64,000 bases of DNA from Candidatus Hydrogenedentota bacterium (lineage in GTDB: Bacteria > Hydrogenedentota > Hydrogenedentia > Hydrogenedentales > CAILVY01): the NCBI GenBank assembly GCA_029565395.1, contig JAKQOG010000028.1:8362-72361 (forward strand), in the 5' to 3' direction. The position numbers were made by a program, and so were the translations under genes. The notes below the pieces were generated by a model. The model ran no database searches. It worked only from the letters and a program-made list of their open reading frames with translations, and was not told the origin of the DNA. Shown here piece by piece: positions 26,845 through 36,637 of this stretch (the first letter of the stretch is position 1; every line of letters starts with the position of its first letter).

Positions 26845-27798
26845 ATGACCATTGGCAAGACGGTGTATGAACATTACAACCCGGCGGGGAAAGGGGTGGG
26901 TCTTTTTCCGCTTGTGTCGGGATGCCGTGTGTTGGAAGTGGGCTTTGGCAGTGGAGATCTCCTCAGGGCTCTGGCGGCAGCGGGGAATGAAGTCTATGGC
27001 GTGGATGCTGGTCAGGACATCGTTGACAAGGCGAAACAGCAGGGACTGACCCATGTGTTTCGCGTGGATGTCAGTGAAGAACCATTGCCGTTTGACACCG
27101 ATTTTTTTGACGCGGTTTATTGCTATGAGGTCCTGGAACATCTCACCAATCCGCACCGGCTGTTTTTCGAGATCCGGCGCGTGCTGAAGCGGGATCATGT
27201 TCTGTATTTTTCCGTGCCCGCGCAAGAAGTGGATATGGGCTATGGCCAACTGCGGCACACCTTTGTGTATCCCGGCCTGTTGGAGAAGCACAACCTGGAG
27301 CGTTTCTTCATGCAGATGTATTTCCGGATTGACCGGATAATTGACGCCGGGCCCACCGATTGGCTCCTTGGCCACAACTATGCGCTCATCAACAAGAAAG
27401 ATGACTGTAAGCCGGATGTGGTCGAAGTCATCATTAAAGACATGTCCGTACACGAACTCTATCAAGAGGTGCTGACTCCGGAGGCCCTCCGGCGCGAAGT
27501 GGACCGGGAACTTGCCAACTATGCGGTAATCATGGAGGATTGCGTCAAGCGAAATGATATGGCATCCTTTGAAGAGTTTCTGAAGTTTATTCTAAACGCC
27601 TATCCGAAAGAATATCTCTTTTTCATCCGATTCGCCCAACGGCTTATCGCGCGGTGCGCATTACTCCCCGCCACGAAGATCCTGGATGGCGTTTTTCAGA
27701 AGGACGATGTCCCGCTGTCCGTTAAGCAAGAGATCAAGGGGGTATTGGAGGGCATCATGGCCGATTTTTCCTCAAAACGACAAGACATCTCTTCGTAA
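26845..27798 (+). CDS. Class I SAM-dependent methyltransferase with extra C-terminal helical domain
   Basis: Start at ATG 26845, 5 nt after GAGGAGG. Motif I is VLEVGFGSGDL, and the post-I and II regions are GVD..FDAVYCYEVLEHL. Confidence 0.8.
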   Translation: MTIGKTVYEHYNPAGKGVGLFPLVSGCRVLEVGFGSGDLLRALAAAGNEVYGVDAGQDIVDKAKQQGLTHVFRVDVSEEPLPFDTDFFDAVYCYEVLEHLTNPHRLFFEIRRVLKRDHVLYFSVPAQEVDMGYGQLRHTFVYPGLLEKHNLERFFMQMYFRIDRIIDAGPTDWLLGHNYALINKKDDCKPDVVEVIIKDMSVHELYQEVLTPEALRREVDRELANYAVIMEDCVKRNDMASFEEFLKFILNAYPKEYLFFIRFAQRLIARCALLPATKILDGVFQKDDVPLSVKQEIKGVLEGIMADFSSKRQDISS

Positions 27799-27811
27799 AA
27801 ATAAGCAGACG

Positions 27812-28147
27812 CTATTTTTTGAAGAGATCGTCCAATGTTTTGGGTTTTGGCGCGGAACCGCCGAAAAGTCCGTCCAAGGCTTGGCGGGCTTGGTCTTTTT
27901 TAGTTTCGGAGGCGTTTCCGCCGGGAATCGTGTCCGCGAATTCAAATTCATCGCAGAAATTGGCCCCCTTGCGGTCGCCCACCCATTCCGTGTTGGGAAT
28001 TTTACATTCATTATGCAAGGAAGGATCATGAAAGCGGCAGTTGAGGCAGCAGTGCAGATACGCCGAGCATTGGGCGCAAAATTCTTTCACGCCCGGTTGG
28101 CGTTTTACGCTCACCCATTCCGTTCCGCATTTATGACATTGTTTCAT
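27812..28147 (-). CDS. Cys-rich (zinc-ribbon-like) small protein
   Basis: 111-aa ORF with CxxC pairs (CHKCG, CAQCSAYLHCCLNC, C..C) and a disordered Lys/Gly-rich tail. Confidence 0.6.
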   Translation of the reverse strand: MKQCHKCGTEWVSVKRQPGVKEFCAQCSAYLHCCLNCRFHDPSLHNECKIPNTEWVGDRKGANFCDEFEFADTIPGGNASETKKDQARQALDGLFGGSAPKPKTLDDLFKK

Positions 28148-28242
28148 AATAGGAAAGAGTAAGGATTGAGAGTAGAGGGTGTCAAGAATCGAAAAACTTG
28201 GGACAGCCCCGTCTCGTCACGCGTTTTGTGTGACTCGATTGG

Positions 28243-29148
28243 CTAGATGTGTAAGTCGCAGATAGTGTTGCTTTTGAAGACGACGGTGCGCGCATCGATC
28301 TTTTTCGCGCCGGAACGCAGGTAGTGCTCGATGCTCATGCCTTCTTTCAGCCGGATTTCCTGTTCGCAGGGGGGATCGAGCGTGATGGGTTTCACGCTAT
28401 GCATATTCCGAATCGCTTCGGCGGCGGTTTTTCGGATTAATTCCTGCGCCGCGTTGGGCGAAAGATGCAAGGCAAGTTCCAGGCCCAGGCCCTGTTTCAC
28501 CACCGCGCCAAAAATGTTCGGTACGAACGTTTTGGCTTCCGCCACGGCCTTGTCGTCACCGGAAATAAATACCACGGGCACACCAAAACTTCCTGCCATA
28601 TAGGCACGGGCGCCGAACTCTCCCACCACCTGTCCGTTGAGTTTGTAGTATTCGACGGTTTTCGAGGAGTAGGTGTGTGCGAGCGGGGCGTCCTTGGTCC
28701 CGGCCATGGCGTGTTGTCCGATGAAAAACACGGCATCAAATGTGTTGTCGAGGAAATACGGGGGTTTTATGGGTCCTCTCGCGATTAGCTTTGCCTTCGG
28801 ATGGAATTCCATAACGTCGATACCGCCGTTGCCATGCCCATCCCATACAATGACCTCCGCAACCGGCGCCGCTTCGAGAATTCCGTCCACGGCCGCGTTG
28901 ACTTCGGCGGTGAGCAGTTTCATGGCCTGCGCTTTGGATTCCGGCGTGGCTTCATCCCGGGTTTGATCAAACCGGGACACCATGGCCGCGCCTTCGAGAT
29001 CCGTGATCATGTATATTTTCATGGGTGTATTCCCTTGGGTTATGGGCGGCGCCGTGCCTTCCGGCGCATGGGCGCAGCCCGTGAATGCCCATGCGGATGC
29101 GCCGGTCAATGCCGCTCCAAAAAATTTTCTCCGTGAGAGCCGTCTCAA
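28243..29148 (-). CDS. Peptidase M55 (DppA-type D-aminopeptidase) family protein with TAT/lipoprotein-like leader
   Basis: The core, MKIYMITDLEGAAMV..VWDGHGNG..FIGQHAMAG.., is typical of M55. The N-terminal extension RRLSRRKFFGAALTGASAWAFTGC looks like a TAT signal with a lipobox. The only in-frame upstream start is TTG 29148. Confidence 0.75.
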   Translation of the reverse strand: MRRLSRRKFFGAALTGASAWAFTGCAHAPEGTAPPITQGNTPMKIYMITDLEGAAMVSRFDQTRDEATPESKAQAMKLLTAEVNAAVDGILEAAPVAEVIVWDGHGNGGIDVMEFHPKAKLIARGPIKPPYFLDNTFDAVFFIGQHAMAGTKDAPLAHTYSSKTVEYYKLNGQVVGEFGARAYMAGSFGVPVVFISGDDKAVAEAKTFVPNIFGAVVKQGLGLELALHLSPNAAQELIRKTAAEAIRNMHSVKPITLDPPCEQEIRLKEGMSIEHYLRSGAKKIDARTVVFKSNTICDLHI

Positions 29149-29172
29149 ACGCCATATCCTTTTAATTTGTGA

Positions 29173-29931
29173 TTATGCCGCCGTGCCTCCATCGCAGGCA
29201 ATGATGGCGCCGTTCGTGTAACTGGAGGCCTCCGAGGCCAGATAAATTGCGGCGCCCACCATTTCTTCCGGATGGGCATGGCGGCCCATGGGCGCGCGCT
29301 GCACATAGTGATCGTGAATTTCCGGAGTATTGATGAGCACGGAAGCGAAGCGCGTGTCGGTCAGGCCGGGACAGATGCAATTGCAGCGCACATTGGAGCC
29401 GCCCAGTTCCTTGGTGATCACTTTAGTCAGCATGATCACCGCGGCCTTCGTCATTGAATACACCCCCATCATCGGCGAGGGCGTCAATCCTTCAATTGAG
29501 GCAATATTGATGATCGAGCCGCCGTTTTGTTCCACCATCATTTGCGCGGCGCGTTGCGCCATCAGGAAATACCCTTTGCAATTTACTTCGAAGGTCTTGT
29601 CATAGGCTTCTTCCGAGGCTTGGATAAACGGACCGAAATAGGGATTCGTTGCGGCATTGTTCACCAGCACGTCCAAACACCCGAAGTCCGCCTTGATCCG
29701 TGCAAATAGAGCGTCCACCTGATCCGATTTTGCCGCGTGACAGGCAATCCCCACGGCCTTTCCTCCGGCATCATTAATGGACGTTGCTACGGCGTCCACG
29801 CCCTCTTGTTTGCGTGAGGATAGAATCACCGTTGCGCCTTGTTGCGCGAATCCCCTGGCGATGGCCTCGCCGATGCCTCGGCTCCCGCCATTAATCAACG
29901 CTATTTTTCCCGTTAAACTGAAATCCACCAT
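29173..29931 (-). CDS. SDR-family oxidoreductase (classical short-chain dehydrogenase)
   Basis: TGKIALINGGSRGIG (TGxxxGxG), NNAA, and the catalytic YSMTK (YxxxK). Start at ATG 29931 with RBS GAGGAG. Confidence 0.9.
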   Translation of the reverse strand: MVDFSLTGKIALINGGSRGIGEAIARGFAQQGATVILSSRKQEGVDAVATSINDAGGKAVGIACHAAKSDQVDALFARIKADFGCLDVLVNNAATNPYFGPFIQASEEAYDKTFEVNCKGYFLMAQRAAQMMVEQNGGSIINIASIEGLTPSPMMGVYSMTKAAVIMLTKVITKELGGSNVRCNCICPGLTDTRFASVLINTPEIHDHYVQRAPMGRHAHPEEMVGAAIYLASEASSYTNGAIIACDGGTAA

Positions 29932-30170
29932 GCCGCTTCTCCTCATCAGGCTCGTTTTTCGTCAGAGCGGCCGCCGCTACTGTATAAAGCGGACTCTCTC
30001 TATCGGCCGCCCGTGCGTGTCATGGTATCACCTCTTCAGGGCGCCATGCCATGTATGAAAACTGTGCATTCTGCCATAAAAAAACCAAGACACATCATCA
30101 TGTCTATGGTATACTGTTTATGTGTAGTTTCCGGCGTACAGGGCGCTGGAAGAGAGGAGGGTTAAAGAGT

Positions 30171-33100
30171 ATGGATACGAGTCACTTTTTCATGCGGGCT
30201 ACGTATGTTGTGGGAATTTTAATCAGTCTTTTCTTGGTCGTGACCGGAGTCCCAGTGATGGCCTCGCCACCCGAAGAAAATCAAGATACCTGTCCCACGG
30301 TAACAAAAGGGAAGATGATTCCTGGCAAAGCCCTTACAGATACCGAAAGAGCGTTGGTGCTCTTGGTGGAATTTGCCGGCATAGACGAGTTCGATTACAT
30401 TTCACCTTCTGGCGAAGGGGAAGGCGAGGGCGAAGGGGAAGGCGAGGTGCCCAGTTCATCCACCTGGGATCCCCTGGGACAGGCGGACAGCAGTGCAAAT
30501 ACAGGTTCCCAATGCGATTGTTCACTGCTTGGGATACCCTCACAACGATTTACGATGGCAGGGCCCCTGCATAATCAGATCCCGCGTCCCCTATCGGCAA
30601 CCGATGCTTCGGTTTCAAGTATTTGGACAGAAGATTTCTCTCCACAATGGTACCAGGATCTTCTTTTCGGGGATGGCGTAGTGTTTGATTATTCCCGCCA
30701 GGATAGTTCCCCCGTATACATTGATTACACGGGCAAGTCGGTGCGGAACTATTTTCTAGAGATGTCGAACGGTCAATACGATGTGACAGGAGACATTATC
30801 GGGTGGCTGCCGATGCCCCATTCCACGGCGTATTACGGAGCGGATTGTTGTCCCGGTGGCCGATCCGGGGCAACCACGTATGATAACGGCCCCATCGCTG
30901 GCACAGGCGCTCCGTCAACGTTGGTGAGGGATGCGTTGGATACACTGGTTGCCATTCAAAATACAATACCTGGGTTTGATTTCAGGAACTATGACGGGGA
31001 TGGCGATGGCGTTATTGATCGCTTAATTATCATCCATGCGGGGTTGGGGGAAGAAGAGCCTTCCACCGAATTGCTGAACCGCACGGATTACGGTGAAAAT
31101 GCTGTATGGTCGAGGGCAGGTGCGTTGGCCCCGTATCTGGTGGATCCTATAAACAACATTTCCGCGAGCCTCTACGTTATGTTGCCGGAGAATTGCGGCA
31201 TGGCCGCAGTAACCTATCAAATTGCCAGAGCATTAGGTGCAGACAATCTGGGTGATCCAAACAATAATGGATACCCGTCTGCTGGATTCTGGACGCCGAT
31301 GGCGGATTATATGATGGGGTTTCCAACCGGGTTCCAACCGGCGGCGCTGGATCCTCTGACGCTGGATGAATGGGGCTGGCTAAATCCAACCATAGTCTCC
31401 GATCCCGCCCAGACCTATGAAATGTACCTGAATCAAGCCACCGGCATTCCCCCTATAAAAGACAGCCTCCTTCGCAGCATAAAAATTGCCCTGGAGGATG
31501 GTCATCTTCCCCTGGCGATTGCTCCCCAGGGCTCTTATGGCTGGTGGGGCGGCAAAAAGGACCTTAGTAATGCCATGATGACCTTGAACACCCCCATTGC
31601 GCTGCCTGCTTCTCCCGGTGCAACCTTGAGTGTGGATATGGTCTATGATATCGAAGACGAGTGGGATTTTCTGTGGGTGCAGGTCTCACCAGACTCAGGG
31701 ACCACGTGGAATACCCTTGCCAATACAAATACCACTTGTACCCATGTCTCGGGATGGATCGGCTCGTTATACGGGTTCCCGGAGGATATGTGCGCGGCCA
31801 ATATTGGCGGATTCACGGGCTATAGCCCTTCATGGCCCGATTACAGCACGGAAATTTTTGATCTTAGCCCGTATGCGGGACAGAGCATTCTGATTCGTTT
31901 CTGGTATATGACGGATTGGGGTACCGCGTATGCGGGGCCGTTTTTGGATGATATCCTGGTGGCCACGCCCGGCGGCACGTTATTCTCGGATGATGGAGAA
32001 TCCGGTGGCGGCAACTGGACCTATCAAGATCCCTGGTTGTATGAGGACGGCACCCAGGCCTTCACTCACAATTATTACCTCCAATGGCGCAACACCACAA
32101 GCACGGGAGGGTATGATTCCGTTTTAGGCGATCCCAATGGGCCGTTCGGCTCCGCCAATACGGGAATGCTTGTGTGGTATAACAACAATTTCTTTGAGAA
32201 CAATGATATCTTCAACTATTTAACAAACAGTCCGGGATTTGGCCCCAAGGGCCGGATGCTGGTGGTGGACGCACATCCGGAACCCTATCGTGATCCGTAT
32301 TGGGAAGCCTATGGGTACCATAATGAGGGTGCAAATATTACCGGCCAATGCCAGATGCGTGACGCACCCTTCAGCCTGAACGATTCGGTCAGTTTCACTT
32401 TGAACCCGCCCTATGTATTCGGAACGGAGCCCGTAACCTTCGCGGGACGTCCCGCCGCAAGTGCTTTTCTGGATGCATACGGATATTATCCCGGCTCAGA
32501 ATATATCAACCGCGGACCGGGATATAATCCTCCGAGTTACAAATGGGTCACCCGGCAATGGGATTCCAGTGTGGTGATCCCATCTAAGAAGTTCTATGGC
32601 ATTAAAGCTCCCGGATACGCGGCTAACCAGGAATTCAGGTACCACGCTAGCCGGGCCACCGGTGGCCGGTTGGGGGCGTATTGGTTTGGGTCTGGCGTAG
32701 GATTAGGCTATGACGGCGGCACGGGCAATCCCAAGGATGCGCCGGAGGGTCCCGGGCAATACGGCTGGAAAATAAATATCCTGAACCAAACGGATGGCGG
32801 TGCTACGCTGGCCATCTGGAATTCCAACTACAATGAACCCAATTATGCGCCTCGATTGGACACGATTCCGGCTCAAGTGGCCTATGAGTTGGCTCCGTTG
32901 GAAATTGCACTGCACGCCCTGGATCCCAATGATGATCCGCTGACGTTCTCCTGCCGGAATCTGCCCGAAGGCGCAATGCTGGATCCCGCGACAGGCGTCT
33001 TTACCTGGCAGCCCGAGGCGGGCCTTGCAGGCACCCACTGGGACCTGGAGATCGCAGTATCGGATGACGGCACTCCGAGGCTTTCGGATGTTAAAACCAT

Positions 33101-35138
33101 GAGCATTGACGTGGTTCCCTATGGCGGTCAAAACGGCAATGCACTCTTGTTTGACGGGGTGGACGACCTGGCCACCATCCCGGATAATGCAGCGATCAAT
33201 CCCGCCCAGTTGACCGTGGAGTGTTGGGTTAAGATGCCCGCGCCGCCGGTGGATTATGGAGACGTCATGTTTTTCGTCTCCAAAGGCGATGATCAAATGG
33301 ATGGCTCCTACCGGTTATATGCGTATAATTGGGGTTCCGGGCCGACATTCAGTTTCAGTCTGGGGCATTACGCGTACGGCTACGAAGCGAGTGTTGCCAT
33401 GGCGATTCTTCCGGATACCTGGTATCACTTGGCGGGAACCTATGATGGGACGAATCTGAAATTGTACGTGAACGGAGAGTTGAAAGATACCGATACGGAA
33501 TCTGGAGTTCTCGTAGGAAATTCGAGCACACTGCTTCTGGGCAGGCATTCCAATGGCGGTTATCCGTATCCTTTCGAGGGGTACATGCAGGAAGTCCGGG
33601 TGTGGAATGGAGCCCGGAGCATCGAGGATATTCAAAGCGCCATGAACTGCATGCTCACGGGTTCCGAGACCGGCTTGGCCGGGTACTGGCCCTTGAATGA
33701 AAACATCTGGCAAGTACTTGCCGATCATTCGCCCACGGCCAACAATGGCGTTCTGGGAACAAGTTCCTCGCTGGAAGATAGCGATCCCTTCTGGATGACT
33801 ACACTCGTTATGGCCACTGAAAGCTGTGGAGGTGAGGGTGAAGGAGAAGGCGCTGTGGAAGGTGAAGGTGCAGCCGAAGGCCAAGTAGAAGGCATGATAG
33901 AAGGCGAAGGCAGTGCCGAAGGCATAGAAGAAGGTGCAGCCGAAGGTCAATCCGAAGGCCAAATGGAAGGCGAAATAGAATGCCCTGGCAACCTTTTAGG
34001 GGATGGCGGTTTTGAGACGGGCACGCCCAACGCAGCCTGGACAGAGTTTTCCCTCTCCTTTGGAACACCATTGTGCAGCGTGGACAAGTGCGGTGGCATG
34101 ACCGGCTCTAATTCCGGCCTGTGGTGGTGCTGGTTTGGAGGAAGTGCGGATGGAGATGACGCCTCCATTGCACAGGATATTGTCATTTCGGCCACCGGTT
34201 CTGCTGCTCTGGAATTCTATCTCCGGATCAGCGATGTGAATTCGACGGGCAATGTAGTTGTGCTCATGGATGGGAATACGGTGTTCAGCGCCACGGAAAC
34301 GGACGCCGCCGGCTATTCCACCTATACCTTGGTGAATGTTGATGTTTCGGCCTATGCGGATGGCAATATGCATACGTTGGCTCTTCAAAGCCATTCCGAC
34401 GGACCAATTAATATTTGCGTGGACGATGTTTGTTTGACGGCTGTATCCGTGGAAGGCCAAATAGAAGGTGAAGGTGTTGCCGAAGGTATGGAAGAAGGAG
34501 CAGCCGAAGGTCAAACCGAAGGCATGATGGAAGGCGAAGGCACGGAAGAAGGCGTTGTGGAGGGCGAAGGTGTTACCGAAGGTACGGAAGAAGGCGTTGT
34601 GGAAGGCGAAGGTGTTGTCGAAGGTGTGGAAGAAGGCGTTGTGGAGGGCGAAGGCGTTGTAGAGGGATCCGAAGAAGGTGCAGCCGAAGGCATGATGGAA
34701 GGCGAAGGTGTTGTCGAAGGTGTGGAAGAAGGCGTTGTGGAGGGATCCGAAGAAGGTGCAGCCGAAGGCATGATGGAAGGCGAAGGCGTTGTTGAGGGTT
34801 CCGAAGAAGGTGCAGCCGAAGGCACGGAAGAAGGTGAAGAAGATATCTGGCAGACGGCGGACCAGGACCAGGACAACCAGATCAGCCTGTCCGAACTGCT
34901 GCGTGTGATCCAGTTCTACAATTCGGATGGATTCCACTGTCAGGAAGGAACGGAAGATGGGTATGCACCGGGGCCGGGCGATACCAGTTGTGTGTTCTAC
35001 GATAGCGATTACAATCCACAGGACTGGCACATCAACTTGTCCGAACTGCTGCGTGTAATTCAGTTCTTCAATTCCGGCGGCTATCACTATTGTCCGGAGG
35101 AAGGCACCGAAGACGGGTTCTGCCCCGGTATCTACTAA
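30171..35138 (+). CDS. Giant secreted multidomain protein: M6 (InhA-like) metalloprotease-like domain with degenerate active site, cadherin-like, LamG and CBM-like domains, acidic repeats, C-terminal dockerin/EF-hand-like module
   Basis: Start at ATG 30171 (RBS GAGAGGAGG) with signal peptide FFMRATYVVGILISLFLVVTGVPVMA. The M6-like blocks are DGDGVIDRLIIIHAGLGEE and LPENCGMAAVTYQIARALGADNL. The cadherin-like segment is DPNDDPLTFSC..GVFTWQP. The LamG segment is ALLFDGVDD..WYHLAGTYDG..LKLYVNG. Confidence 0.85.
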   Translation: MDTSHFFMRATYVVGILISLFLVVTGVPVMASPPEENQDTCPTVTKGKMIPGKALTDTERALVLLVEFAGIDEFDYISPSGEGEGEGEGEGEVPSSSTWDPLGQADSSANTGSQCDCSLLGIPSQRFTMAGPLHNQIPRPLSATDASVSSIWTEDFSPQWYQDLLFGDGVVFDYSRQDSSPVYIDYTGKSVRNYFLEMSNGQYDVTGDIIGWLPMPHSTAYYGADCCPGGRSGATTYDNGPIAGTGAPSTLVRDALDTLVAIQNTIPGFDFRNYDGDGDGVIDRLIIIHAGLGEEEPSTELLNRTDYGENAVWSRAGALAPYLVDPINNISASLYVMLPENCGMAAVTYQIARALGADNLGDPNNNGYPSAGFWTPMADYMMGFPTGFQPAALDPLTLDEWGWLNPTIVSDPAQTYEMYLNQATGIPPIKDSLLRSIKIALEDGHLPLAIAPQGSYGWWGGKKDLSNAMMTLNTPIALPASPGATLSVDMVYDIEDEWDFLWVQVSPDSGTTWNTLANTNTTCTHVSGWIGSLYGFPEDMCAANIGGFTGYSPSWPDYSTEIFDLSPYAGQSILIRFWYMTDWGTAYAGPFLDDILVATPGGTLFSDDGESGGGNWTYQDPWLYEDGTQAFTHNYYLQWRNTTSTGGYDSVLGDPNGPFGSANTGMLVWYNNNFFENNDIFNYLTNSPGFGPKGRMLVVDAHPEPYRDPYWEAYGYHNEGANITGQCQMRDAPFSLNDSVSFTLNPPYVFGTEPVTFAGRPAASAFLDAYGYYPGSEYINRGPGYNPPSYKWVTRQWDSSVVIPSKKFYGIKAPGYAANQEFRYHASRATGGRLGAYWFGSGVGLGYDGGTGNPKDAPEGPGQYGWKINILNQTDGGATLAIWNSNYNEPNYAPRLDTIPAQVAYELAPLEIALHALDPNDDPLTFSCRNLPEGAMLDPATGVFTWQPEAGLAGTHWDLEIAVSDDGTPRLSDVKTMSIDVVPYGGQNGNALLFDGVDDLATIPDNAAINPAQLTVECWVKMPAPPVDYGDVMFFVSKGDDQMDGSYRLYAYNWGSGPTFSFSLGHYAYGYEASVAMAILPDTWYHLAGTYDGTNLKLYVNGELKDTDTESGVLVGNSSTLLLGRHSNGGYPYPFEGYMQEVRVWNGARSIEDIQSAMNCMLTGSETGLAGYWPLNENIWQVLADHSPTANNGVLGTSSSLEDSDPFWMTTLVMATESCGGEGEGEGAVEGEGAAEGQVEGMIEGEGSAEGIEEGAAEGQSEGQMEGEIECPGNLLGDGGFETGTPNAAWTEFSLSFGTPLCSVDKCGGMTGSNSGLWWCWFGGSADGDDASIAQDIVISATGSAALEFYLRISDVNSTGNVVVLMDGNTVFSATETDAAGYSTYTLVNVDVSAYADGNMHTLALQSHSDGPINICVDDVCLTAVSVEGQIEGEGVAEGMEEGAAEGQTEGMMEGEGTEEGVVEGEGVTEGTEEGVVEGEGVVEGVEEGVVEGEGVVEGSEEGAAEGMMEGEGVVEGVEEGVVEGSEEGAAEGMMEGEGVVEGSEEGAAEGTEEGEEDIWQTADQDQDNQISLSELLRVIQFYNSDGFHCQEGTEDGYAPGPGDTSCVFYDSDYNPQDWHINLSELLRVIQFFNSGGYHYCPEEGTEDGFCPGIY
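33828..33980 (+). repeat. Acidic Glu/Gly-rich low-complexity linker (EGxxEG units)
   Basis: GGEGEGEGAVEGEGAAEGQVEGMIEGEGSAEGIEEGAAEGQSEGQMEGEIE, read in frame. Confidence 0.85.
34449..34844 (+). repeat. Long acidic EG-rich tandem-repeat region (about 130 aa; repeated blocks such as GSEEGAAEGMMEGEGVVEG)
   Basis: Read in frame. Near-identical DNA blocks recur two or three times. Confidence 0.85.
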
Positions 35139-35157
35139 ATCTTGATGTTATTGAAGT

Positions 35158-35189
35158 AATCCCGTGGGTCTTTATGGACCCACGGGATT
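35158..35189. terminator. Bidirectional hairpin terminator
   Basis: Perfect 13-bp stem AATCCCGTGGGTC / GACCCACGGGATT with a 6-nt loop, 20 nt after the stop. It has T-rich tracts on one side and A-rich tracts on the other, and sits between convergent genes. Confidence 0.7.
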
Positions 35190-35257
35190 AAATTTATCTT
35201 CGCTTTTCTTTGCTCCTTTTCTTTTCTCGCGAAAGAAAGGAGAACGTTTTCACAAAT

Positions 35258-36637
35258 TCATGCGCCGATAATGCCGAGTGGGGCGTTGGTTTTCCAATTG
35301 CCGCGGGTGAAGTCGGGGAAATCGATTGCGGCGCTCTTGTTGGCGAGGGAGCGTTCGCTGAGTTCGCAAACGGCACTCCAGGCCGCGGCGTCGTATACAT
35401 CCATGTCCATGGGCAAGCCGTTAAGCAGACATTCGATCAGGCGGAAGTCTTCGATGTAGTCCATACCGCCATGTCCGGCCCCTTTGGCGCTCTCATTGTG
35501 TTTTTTCCATAGCGGGTGATCAAATTCATCGTAATAGGCGTCCACTTTTTCATACTCATGATGCGGGCTGCGGCCTTCGATATACACGCGGTCCGGATAG
35601 CCTTCCACGATGCCTTTCGTCCCCTGGACCAAGTTGATGCGGCTGTACGGACGCGGGAGATTGGTGTCGTGCACCACGGTAAGCATCGGGCCGTTCACGG
35701 TCCGGATCATGCTGATATTCACATCGCCGAGGACGTATTTTTCCTGTAGGCGCGGGTCATCTTTCGGAAGATGTTCTGCCGCGAATTCCTGCAATCCCCG
35801 CGACGGACTGCTCATGGACACCAGCGATTCAAATTGATTGCCCCGGTTGATGTTCGTGCATTGCGCTATTGGTCCGAGCCCGTGCGTGGGATACAAATTG
35901 CCGTTGCGTTTTATGGCATGTGCGCGCCGCCACAATCCTTCGCCATCTTTGCTGAATTTCACTTCCCGCAGGTCATGGAGGTAGCCGCCCGAAGCATACA
36001 GAATATCGCCCAGGAGTCCCTTGCGCACCAGATTCAGGGTGAGCAGTTCGGTCCGGTTGTAACAGCAGTTTTCCATCATCACGCAATGTTTTTTCTGTTT
36101 TTCCGCCGTCTCCACCATTTGCCAGCATTCTTCCAAGGTTACTGCGGCGGGCACTTCCGTCGCCGCATGCTTTCCATTTTCCATTGCCGCCACGCACACT
36201 GGCACGTGCCATTCCCAGGGGGTTGCCGTGTAGACCAAGTCAAGGTCTTCCTTTTCGCACATGTGTTTGAAATCCATCGGCCCCTTTGAATAGCCCTTCG
36301 GTTTTGGCTGTCCCGCCTGCATGGTCAGCCGCTGCACATTCTCCACTTTCGCGGGAACAATATCGCACACCGCCTTCAACTCGACACCCGGGATGCGCAA
36401 TAGATTGCGCACATGATTAGTGCCCATGCCGCCGACGCCCACAAACCCCACGCGCACCCGCTTCATCGGCGGCGCGGAGAACGGCCAGCTTGGCGCAGGA
36501 TTCGCCTCATGGGCATCCGCGCCCGCCGCGTTGATGGCCATTCCGCCCAAGGCCGCGCCCATGCCCATGGCGGCTCCCAGACGTACAAAATCCCGGCGGT
36601 TGACGGTATGTTCATTGTTTTGTGTGTTACGGCTCAT
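35258..36637 (-). CDS. Gfo/Idh/MocA-family oxidoreductase with TAT signal (GH109-like)
   Basis: Start at ATG 36637 with RBS AAGGAG. The TAT motif is NRRDFVRLGAAMG. The Rossmann motif is VGFVGVGGMGTNH, and the body resembles NAD-dependent GH109 glycosidases. Confidence 0.8.
   Translation of the reverse strand: MSRNTQNNEHTVNRRDFVRLGAAMGMGAALGGMAINAAGADAHEANPAPSWPFSAPPMKRVRVGFVGVGGMGTNHVRNLLRIPGVELKAVCDIVPAKVENVQRLTMQAGQPKPKGYSKGPMDFKHMCEKEDLDLVYTATPWEWHVPVCVAAMENGKHAATEVPAAVTLEECWQMVETAEKQKKHCVMMENCCYNRTELLTLNLVRKGLLGDILYASGGYLHDLREVKFSKDGEGLWRRAHAIKRNGNLYPTHGLGPIAQCTNINRGNQFESLVSMSSPSRGLQEFAAEHLPKDDPRLQEKYVLGDVNISMIRTVNGPMLTVVHDTNLPRPYSRINLVQGTKGIVEGYPDRVYIEGRSPHHEYEKVDAYYDEFDHPLWKKHNESAKGAGHGGMDYIEDFRLIECLLNGLPMDMDVYDAAAWSAVCELSERSLANKSAAIDFPDFTRGNWKTNAPLGIIGA

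Noticed and set aside
26650-26845. Sigma-54 promoter (TGGCAC-N5-TTGCW) near the regulator and elsewhere in the window
   Set aside because: I checked TGGCAC occurrences by eye (for example 13873, 14718, 35041, 36197, 46345). None has a correctly spaced TTGC element in an intergenic position. AGGCACG in the heptamer array lacks a -12 element. No call was made.
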